Positions 1-9,004 of a stretch of 37,876 nucleotides of DNA are shown piece by piece. Position 1 is the stretch's first letter. Each line of letters opens with the position of its first letter. This DNA comes from Octopus sinensis (lineage: Eukaryota): contig NW_021836827.1 of NCBI RefSeq assembly GCF_006345805.1, forward strand, positions 1-37,876, in the 5' to 3' direction. Made by a program: the position numbers and the translations under genes. The notes below the pieces were generated by a model, which was not told the origin of the DNA, searched no databases, and saw only the letters and a list, made by a program, of their open reading frames with translations.

Positions 1-760
1 AGACGAAGAAGAGAAAGATTTGGAAGATGAAGAAAAAGAAGAAGAAAAAGAAGAAGAGAAGAAGAAGAAAAAGAAGAAGAGAAGAAGAAGAAAAAGAAGA
101 AGAAAAAGAAGAAGAGAAGAAGAAGAAGGGAAAGAAGAAGAAGAAGAATGAGTAGGACACAAAAGCAAAAGAACAAGAATAGGGAGAAGGACGAGGAGGA
201 AGAGGGGAGGTTGAGGTGGAGGGGGGATTTGGAGGAGGAGGAGGAGAGGGAGAAGGGAAATGGAGAGGGGAGGAGAAGAGAGGGGAGAAGGGTGGATGAG
301 AGGGGAGGGGATGGCAGAGGAGGTGGAGGAGCAGGAGATTCGGGGGATGAATGAGAAGTGAAGGATAAGAAAGGAGAAATGTGAAGAAGCAGAAAGCACG
401 GGAGTAAGTTTATCAAAAAGAGAAGTGGACGAAAAAGAAGAGGAAATGTAGAAGAAGAAGAAGGGGATGACGAGGAAAAAGGGAAAGAAGAAAAAGAAGA
501 AGAAGGAGAAGAAAAAGAAGAAGAAGAAGAAGAAGAAGAGCAACAACAACAACAACAACAAAAACGAAAAGAAGAACAAGAAATCAGAGGATGAAGAAAA
601 TAAGGGAGTAAGTTGATGAAAAAGAAGCAGAAGAAGAAGAATGAGGAATAAAGGGGAGGTGAGGAGAGAAGGCGCTAGGAGACGGTAGGGGAGGAGGGAG
701 TGATGTAGGAGAGGGTAGGGGATGAGAGAGGTGGTGTTTGAAGAAGAAGAAGAAGAAGAA
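1..760. repeat. Purine-rich low-complexity tract: (GAA)n/(GGA)n with short (CAA)n
   Basis: Almost exclusively A/G on the + strand; visible triplet runs. Confidence 0.95.
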
Positions 761-1479
761 TCAGGCGAAATTATCTCGTGGAAGTGTGGATAAATAACCA
801 CATTGCACCACAGAAAAAAGACAACAACGTGAAACAAAAAAATAGTAGAAAAAACATAAGTATTATATTAACACTGCAGACACACTCATACATATATGAA
901 CATACACGTTTCCAGGAATAAAATTTTGATGCAATCAATTATCGACAGAAGGATGAGACAAATTATAAAATAAATGAATTACTTAGTCACATTTCACACG
1001 GAACTACATTTATATATGAACATACACACATACTTCAGCTAAAAATATTTGATGCAAACATGTAAACTCACAAATGTTACCATTTGTAATAGAAAGTCAA
1101 GTAAAATCATTGAAATTAGGGGATCAAAAATGAGTTATTGAGATGCGAATTGAAACAAATCAACAGCAACAAAGGAACATTAAATTTGTCCAATTATTTC
1201 ACATTCTCTCTCAATTTCTACCTCTTTCTCTCACTATTTTTCGCTCTCTTACTCCCTCTTTGTATCTTCCAAACTCCTGTTCGGTCCCCAAATTTCACTT
1301 GATCTTGTTTAGTGCAGTCTGAAAGTTTGTACGGTTATGAGTGTATATATCAGCATCAAATATTACTTTCAGAATTTAGTAAAGAAAGAGTAAAAATGAT
1401 TATATGGAAAATATTTGTGATGCAACATCAAACACTGTGGCTTCAGAATGAAAGGAAGAAAACTGAAGACAGATCACGT

Positions 1480-1750
1480 GGAAGAAAAAGAAGGAGGAGG
1501 AGGAAAGGAGGGAGAGGAGGAAAGGGGAGGAGGAAAGGAGGAGCAAGGGGAAAGGAGCAGGTGGAGAAGAATAGGAGAAGCGGTTGAGGAGAAAGGAGGA
1601 GGAGGAAGAGGAGGTGGATGAAGAGGGGGAGGGGTATGAGGAGGAGGAGGAGGAGGAGTAGGAGGAGGAAGGGGAAGAGAAGGATACGAAAAGGGGGAGA
1701 AGGAGAAGAAGAATGAATACTACTACTACTACTACTAATAATAATAATAA

Positions 1751-1781
<31 letters not shown>

Positions 1782-1820
1782 AAGATGATGAAGAAGGGGA
1801 GGAGGAGGAGGAGGAGGAGA

Positions 1821-1854
<34 letters not shown>

Positions 1855-1926
1855 GAAGAAGAAGAAGAAGAAGAAGAAGAAAGAGAAGATGGAGGCGGAG
1901 GACGAGAAGAAGTGGAAGAAGAAAAA

Positions 1927-1975
<49 letters not shown>
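1480..1975. repeat. Compound microsatellite (GGA)n/(GAA)n/(TAA)n/(TAC)n
   Basis: Direct reading of triplet runs. Confidence 0.95.
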
Positions 1976-2269
1976 AAATTTTAATAATTTACTTTAAAAA
2001 TACGTAAGTTTTCGGGTGAACGGGAATACATCAATCAGCCGAAACTTCAATTAAGCTTGCATAACTTTGTAATAAGGTTTATTGTGTTCATGGTAGGGTA
2101 AGTTTTACTGATGACATTCTATCAAAAATAAATTCCTCATAATTTGTTAAAACAGCACTATTTTGATTTCTTCACTTAGGTATTTTAAGAATTTGGCAAT
2201 TTAAGCGGATCTCATTATCTGCAGTTTAATCCATCTGTATCATTTTTAATTATAAAAATAATCATTTCT

Positions 2270-2472
2270 TCTATAGGAACAAACCTGAAATTTTGGGAAA
2301 GTGACAATTCCTTTACATTGATCTCAGAGATAAATTGCTATTTATTTTACCGATTCCAAAAGAATGAAAAGCAAAGTCAACCTCGACAGAATTTAAAATC
2401 GAAACGTAAAGACGAACGAAATACCGCTTAACATTTTGTCTGGCGTGCACAACGATTCTAATAGCTCGCTGC
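2270..2472 (-). mobile_element. Degenerate tRNA-derived SINE (same family as 31413-31640)
   Basis: Reverse complement resembles 'gcgagctggcagaatcgttagcacgcc...gaggtcgactttgcctttcatcctttcgg' seen at 31413 and 31908. Confidence 0.75.
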
Positions 2473-2754
2473 ATATTCTATTATAAAACTAACACAAACA
2501 ATAATTAACAACTATTCTATGACAAAATCAACTGATATTATATCATATTACTGTAACAATAAGCAACAATTCAACTAATTAATGATATAATATAACTATG
2601 TGAAATACACGTTTTCTTAGCACTAAAGTTTTTATACTGTCCGTTCATTGAATATACCGTAAGATTTGATAAGTTCAGACAAATAACATCAAAGTCAGAT
2701 ACTAGTCAGATCTAATCACTGTGTATGAGATGTTATACATTATAAATTCAATAT

Positions 2755-2971
2755 GGCGAATTTTGAGTTTTAAAAACTACAAATTAATATTTTGAAAAGA
2801 AAAAGTTCAGTATGACTTCCCAAATCGAGGCAAGTAAAGGTCCTTACATCATCCGTTTTGACATTTTGTCACCTCCGCTTGTTAATATTTTTGAGAAACA
2901 AAGCAAAGACAGCAGCAGCAGTAGCAGCAACAACAACAACAACATCACAACCATCAGCACCAACAAAAACA
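2755..2971 (+). repeat. 217-nt direct copy of 7357-7573
   Basis: Manual alignment: same length, about 4 substitutions, includes the CAG/CAA tract. Confidence 0.95.
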
Positions 2972-3135
2972 GTTTATTTGACTTCACAGCAGGTAACATA
3001 TCGATTTGTTTTACTCTAACATAAGATTGTGCTTAAAGCTGTGAGATAAACAGCATAAGCGATTAACTGAGAACATATCAAGGGGAATTTAAAACATTGG
3101 ATGTGGAAAATACGTAGAAAGTGTCAAATACTTAC

Positions 3136-3326
3136 AAATATACAACATTCGTCGGAATTGGTTGTGGAATTGATGTTAGATTGCGATTTTCACAATTTAT
3201 ATTTGTTGTAAGTGAATTGCAAGTACATATCTTGCATATATCTGAATCAGCTTGAGTCTCCAAAAACAATATCGTACACAGTATCAACACAAGAGACCGT
3301 CTATGTGATACCCTGTGGTGAAACAT
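3136..3326 (-). CDS. First coding exon of a secreted or membrane leucine-rich-repeat protein (signal peptide + LRRNT cap); exon 3346-3136, gene continues leftward
   Basis: MFHHRVSHRRSLVLILCTILFLETQA (basic then hydrophobic, TQA cleavage-like), then C-KI-CTC-7x-C-ENRNLTSIPQPIPTNVVYL, a canonical LRRNT. Acceptor ttcttcttttacag at 3347. Donor TT|gtaag at 3135 is phase 2 inside a Leu codon, typical of LRR genes. The ORF-track stop lies in the intron. Confidence 0.9.
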
Positions 3327-4099
3327 ATTGCCAGGCGTAGATTTATCTGTAAAAGAAGAAAATAGGAAATGTCAGAGACTTCAATGTTATTGACTTCAAA
3401 TTGCAGATTCTCCGAAGGAACTAAAATTCACCCCTGTTCCACATGACAAATATATTTTTGTTTTCATGATTGGATATTTAAAGCTAAAAAATTAAATTTC
3501 GATAAATTAGTGTGAAGAAATTTATTAAATTTTATAGCTTTAACGCGTAATAATATCAAAGGAAACACCAAAAACACACACACAAACACACACACAAACG
3601 CACTCCTACATACATCTGTAACCATACTCGGGGGGTCTAATATATTTACAAAACTAACGAACCATGAGTTTCGTGGACCCTAAATACGCAGTGGTTGTAA
3701 ACCCGGTTGGGTCGTTGAATCCGATGGGACCCCACAAGCAACTGTATTGTAACGAAGGATTGTTCCTGTACTCCAGTTTTAGAAGCGTTCATACAAATTT
3801 TTCCTTAAATACACTTTCATGATTTCATTTTTACTTACTTTTCTTTTACTGAAAACACGAATAAAGCATGAACGTAAATGAACAAATAAAAATGGACGTA
3901 CATCAAAAGAAGCAAATTTCTTTGCGGGCACTAATAGACACAAGAAAATAAAGTGGATAAGGAAGCAACAACAACAAAAGAAACATTGACAACAACAGAA
4001 ATTAAAAAGCTCTGAAAATTATAGTAGTTAAATTTTATTTACATTTTAGCATTTGCTTCCATTATCGATAACTATATATCTGTACATCATTTCAAACTC

Positions 4100-4125
4100 A
4101 CTCTCTCTCTCTCTCTCTCTCTCTC

Positions 4126-4197
<72 letters not shown>

Positions 4198-4238
4198 TGT
4201 ATGTATGTATGTATGTATGTATGTATGTATGTATGTAT
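4100..4238. repeat. (CT)n-(TA)n-(TATG)n microsatellite
   Basis: Direct reading. Confidence 0.95.
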
Positions 4239-4239
4239 T

Positions 4240-4440
4240 GATAGATCGCTAGCCACTACACATTCTTTTTTTCTCTCCTTGTTTCTCTCCCCGTTTCTTT
4301 CCGTGTTCCTTTCTGTAGAAGAGCCTAGGCTCGAAACGTTAAAAACTTTTTCACTTCCCGAGCATTATACTAATACATCAGTTTGTTTTCTACAGCACCT
4401 GTCTTCGTCTTTTGTTGTTGTTTTTTCTGAATTCTCCCTG
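4240..4440 (+). mobile_element. Short Penelope-like (pLTR-type) element with minimal hammerhead-like motif at 4309-4345
   Basis: ttt-CTGTAGA-a-gagc(ctag)gctc-GAAA-cgtTA-aaa; flanked by (TATG)n and (TA)n; same architecture as 17782-17817. Confidence 0.6.
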
Positions 4441-4471
<31 letters not shown>

Positions 4472-4597
4472 TTTTTCTAATATTGTTGTTTTTGCTTAAC
4501 ATGAAAATAGCCTTCCTTTACATTCAAGAATTTACTACAACTGACCAACTCACCATCAACACCGTCACAACATCATCTCACTTCATATCAACTACTC

Positions 4598-4614
4598 CTA
4601 CTACTACAACTACA

Positions 4615-4684
<70 letters not shown>

Positions 4685-4745
4685 TTATTATCATCATTAT
4701 ATTTATTTTTAATTTATTATTATTATCATCATTATTATTTTTAAT

Positions 4746-4777
<32 letters not shown>

Positions 4778-4790
4778 TATAATTATTATT
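4598..4790. repeat. (CTA)n/(ATT)n/(CAT)n microsatellite
   Basis: Direct reading. Confidence 0.95.
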
Positions 4791-5348
4791 GAGTGAGAGA
4801 GCAGTGCATGCCATTAAAGTGACACTGGGGTACAAATATACGAAGCCCAGTATACCCATCATGACTACCCGTCTGATAAGTGTACACTAAGCACATGCAT
4901 CAAAACCATATGTGCGCGACATGGTGATCTCATATCAAGATAAACAGCACATGACCTTACAGGTGGGGCCCAGTTAGAATTTTCTTCTAGTCGAGTAACC
5001 CATCCCGCTCAAAAGGTCCCTGAAAAAGGATTGTTTTAGGATGTTGAACAAAGCACCTATGTTTCCAAAGGTGAATTATTCAAACCTCAAAGAATCCCTC
5101 ACAAAACATGGCTACAATGCTCCTCCACTACTTCTGCTCGTGATCAGAGATGTACATATCATAAGGCACTGAGCGACACGCTCAACTGGTTAAGGTCAAA
5201 CAACTGACAAGCAAATCTGTGGTATTGAGCAGAATATTTGCTGTAGCCCATTTTTTATACCAAGAAAAAACAATGTACATGATAACACTTCCAATCAGTT
5301 AAGATCAGGAGTTATGAGGGCCACTGTCTGGTACTGCATCAGGGCATT
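4791..5348. mobile_element. ~550-nt non-coding (ATT)n-flanked interspersed element, copy 1 (diverged)
   Basis: Runs from gagtgagagagcag to ggtactgcatcagggcatt; homologous to copies 2 and 3 with scattered substitutions; ATT tracts on both sides. Confidence 0.8.
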
Positions 5349-5352
5349 ATTA

Positions 5353-5453
<101 letters not shown>

Positions 5454-6087
5454 GAGTGAGAGAGCAGTTCATGCCATCAAAGTGACACTGGGGTAAAATA
5501 TACGAAGCCCAATATACCCATCATGACTACCCGTCTGATAAAGGTACACCAGGCACATGCATCACAACCATATGTGCGCGACATGGTGATCTCATATCAA
5601 GATAAACAGCACATGACCTTGCAGGTGGGGCCCAGTTAGAATTTTCTTCAGGTTGAGTAGCCCATCCCGCTCAAAAGGTCCCTGAATAAGGGTTGTTTAA
5701 GGATGTTGAAAGAACCACCCATGTTTCCTGAGGTGAACTATTCAAACCCCAAAGAATCCCTCTCAACACATGGCTATGATGCTCCCCACTACTTCTGCTC
5801 GTGATCAGAGATGCACATATCGTCAGCCACTAAGGGGCATGCACAACTGGTTAAGGTCAAACAACTGACAAGCAAATCTGTGGTATTGAGCAGAATATTT
5901 GCTGTAGCCCATCTTTTATACCAAGACAAAACAATGTACATGATAACACTTCCAATCAGTTAAGATCAGAAGCCATGAGAGCCACTGCCTGGTACTGCAT
6001 CAGGGCATTACGGTACTGCATCAGGGCATTGGTACTGCATCAGGGCATTTGGTACTGCATCAGGGCATTTGTTACTGCATCAGGGCA

Positions 6088-6090
<3 letters not shown>
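5454..6090. mobile_element. ~550-nt (ATT)n-flanked element, copy 2, with 5 tandem ~20-nt terminal repeats (5991-6090)
   Basis: Body matches copy 3; unit ggtactgcatcagggcattt x5. Confidence 0.85.
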
Positions 6091-6149
<59 letters not shown>

Positions 6150-6159
6150 TATTATTATT

Positions 6160-6794
6160 GAGTGAGAGAGCAGTTCATGCCATCAAAGTGACACTGGGGT
6201 AAAATATACGAAGCCCAATATACCCATCATGACTACCCGTCTGATAAAGGTACACCAGGCACATGCATCACAACCATATGTGCGCGACATGGTGATCTCA
6301 TATCAAGATAAACAGCACATGACCTTGCAGGTGGGGCCCAGTTAGAATTTTCTTCAGGTTGAGTAGCCCATCCCGCTCAAAAGGTCCCTGAATAAGGGTT
6401 GTTTAAGGATGTTGAAAGAACCACCCATGTTTCCTGAGGTGAACTATTCAAACCCCAAAGAATCCCTCTCAACACATGGCTATGATGCTCCCCACTACTT
6501 CTGCTCGTGATCAGAGATGCACATATCGTCAGCCACTAAGGGGCATGCACAACTGGTTAAGGTCAAACAACTGACAAGCAAATCTGTGGTATTGAGCAGA
6601 ATATTTGCTGTAGCCCATCTTTTATACCAAGACAAAACAATGTACATGATAACACTTCCAATCAGTTAAGATCAGAAGCCATGAGAGCCACTGCCTGGTA
6701 CTGCATCAGGGCATTACGGTACTGCATCAGGGCATTTGGTACTGCATCAGGGCATTTGGTACTGCATCAGGGCATTTGTTACTGCATCAGGGCA

Positions 6795-6797
<3 letters not shown>
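6160..6797. mobile_element. ~550-nt (ATT)n-flanked element, copy 3, with 5 tandem ~20-nt terminal repeats (6697-6797)
   Basis: Near-identical to copy 2 at a 706-nt offset, including the order of repeat-unit variants. Confidence 0.85.
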
Positions 6798-6857
<60 letters not shown>

Positions 6858-7184
6858 CATTCAGTAGTTTTTATTTTTATAGCGTGCTTTCACTTCACTA
6901 CCGAGCGGAGCCCTGTGTGCCTTGGGTATGTGCTGTGATTTGTTGTGATGCTCTGATGGTTACTGTATTAAAAATGTTCTGCGTTGGATGTGTGCAGTGC
7001 CTAGTAGTGTAATTTCCTGTATGTTCTATGTGTTTGTAAGTCATGGTGTTTTTGTTATGTATTTGTCTGAATAATTTTTTATCATGCCTAATGCACCTAC
7101 TATGATAGGAATTGTTTCTGTTTTTAGATTCCACATTCTGGTTACCTCTATTTCCAGGTCTTTGTATTTTGAAAGTTTCTCCAT
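6858..7184 (-). mobile_element. 5'-truncated R4/Dong-clade LINE (C-terminal restriction-like endonuclease + 3' UTR)
   Basis: Translates as MEKLSKYKDLEIEVTRMWNLKTETIPIIVGALGMIKNYSDKYITKTP*LTNT*NIQEITLLGTAHIQRRTFLIQ*, homologous to the 32518-32769 ORF; flanked by (ATT)n. Confidence 0.9.
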
Positions 7185-7210
7185 TTATTTATTGTTATTA
7201 TTATTATTGT

Positions 7211-8335
7211 GTCTGGCTTTGGAGACTAGTTATTCGGAGCTCTAAGCTTTCTTTAGAATTTGTTGTTCCAATGTCTGTTTTCAAAATTTTATTGACGAGA
7301 GAACCCACCTCGCTGTAAACGGGGCTAGCTGCGGTGGCCAGAATTCGCTCCTTAAAGGCGAATTTTGAGTTTCAAAAACTACAAATTAATATTTTGAAAA
7401 GAAAAAGTTCAGTATGGCTTCCCAAATCGAGGCAAGTAAAGGTCCTTACATCATCCGTTTTGACATTTTGTCAACTCCGCTTGTTAATATTTTTGAGAAA
7501 CAAAGCAAAGACAGCAGCAGCAGTAGTAGCAACAACAACAACAACATCACAACCATCAGCACCAACAAAAACATGATAGAAAACTGAAGAGGAGGCAAGG
7601 AATCAATCCACTTTGACCCTAAAAAAGAAGACACACCACCAGAAATAGACAGCTGATTCTTGGGGGTAGATGTCCTCTTGGACATATAGGTCAAAACGAG
7701 CTTCTTACAGATGCGGAAACTTTACAAACAAAACTTTTCGGGTCAAGGCCTAAAATTGTGGGTGAAAATGGACAGCCAAAGTATGGACACAATTCCAGAT
7801 ATCATAAATTCACACGGTGGCATCAACCTCCACGCGGCCTTTGAAAGCTGCTGGCTGCGGTTTCACCTGTGTGGGGACACAAATCATCTAAAGTTCTTCT
7901 GTTGCCCACAACAAATTAGAGAATGGAGCCTCTCACTTTTGCCAACATCACCACCACCACCACCACACCACCACCACCACCACTGCAACAATAACAACAA
8001 TAGCAACAGCACCAACAGAGGCAGGTGACCATCGCGGCTGCAAAATCAAGAGTAACAGTAGCAGCAACACTAATCGCAGCAGCACGGGCAGCAGCAAAAG
8101 CAACAGCATCAACCCCGGTCCCCACCACCAAAAAAAGCAACAACTTTATCAATAGGACAACGCCAAAAAGCTCTACAAGATTTGCCCCTCCCCTCTTCGG
8201 AGCACTCAGACATACCTTGCGCGGATAGCGATGACGAAAGACCAAAATGGCAAGAAGTCGCCTGAACACACAAAAGAAAAAGAAATAGAACCAAAAACAC
8301 ACAGACAATACAGACATAGACTTGCCCAAATGCAT
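7211..8335 (+). mobile_element. Decayed LINE 5' region / gag-like ORF1 (L1/Tx1-like) with degenerate CCHC zinc knuckle
   Basis: One frame from ATG 7414 to 8028 with three internal stops. Contains TIPDII...LHAAFESCWLR-FHLCGDTNHLKFFC (Cx2Cx4Hx4C with first C to F) followed by a low-complexity tail. Confidence 0.6.
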
Positions 8336-8339
8336 CAAT

Positions 8340-8765
8340 AAATTAACATTGATATTTTTTCACCGTTGTTGCAATCGTCTTAAATGGAAATGTCAAAGCG
8401 CGATATTCGAGCAATTTTGCTATTCAACATCAAAAAAGGATGTAAAGCAGCTGAAACTGCTCACAATAGCAACAAAACATTTCATGAGGAAATAACCAGT
8501 GAGTGGTCAGCTTGAAAAAGGTTTAAATGATTTAGCAGTGGAAACCTGAACCTCAAACCGATGCTGAAAGCGCGTTCAAAAAGTCCATCAGCTCCAGAAC
8601 TCCAGATTTTTATGTTAACGGAATAAACAAACTTTGTAACTCATTGGCAAAAATGTGTTTATAGTAATGGTACAGACTTTGATGAATAAAATTTCCGCAT
8701 TGCTGAAATACATTGTGATGAATTTCATGTTTCAAAACGTTGCTTACTTTTTACTCAGCCTGATA
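8340..8765 (+). mobile_element. Internally deleted mariner transposon remnant
   Basis: N-terminus MSKRDIRAILLFNIKKGCKAAETAHNSNKTF...SEWSA*KRFK*FSSGNLNL (mariner HTH) joined to C-terminus RTPDFYVNGINKL.THWQKCVYSNGTDFDE*. Probable right TIR ...gcttactttttactcagcctga-TA; left TIR not seen. Confidence 0.85.
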
Positions 8766-9004
8766 TTTATTTCCATGTCAAACGGGAATGGGAGGCGGGG
8801 GTGGAATGGCAGTGTTGTCCCAGAGACGCCTGGATCTCAACACAAAGATTATCTTCCTGGACCCAGAAGGTAAGTTGGTAGTCCTGGACGTCGTGAACAG
8901 TAGTAACGGAGGTGCCCTCAGTCTAGTGGTTGTTTATGCCTCGACACGTTCAGGATAGCTGAACATCTTCACACGTCTGGAGGTTTTCCTTGGAGTGTCT
9001 AGAC

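Noticed and set aside
148-354. Acidic/Arg-Gly-rich ORF (also 1312-1587)
   Set aside because: A purine tract lacks T and hence stop codons; no domain or splice support.
2160-2240. Possible next 72-nt LRR exon
   Set aside because: No LxxLxLxxN pattern with compatible splice sites.
5815-5830. CTGACGA on the minus strand of the 550-nt element (retrozyme idea)
   Set aside because: No appropriately placed GAAA or closing stems found.
5991-6090. CRISPR-like short repeat array
   Set aside because: Units are head-to-tail with no unique spacers; eukaryotic context; no cas genes.
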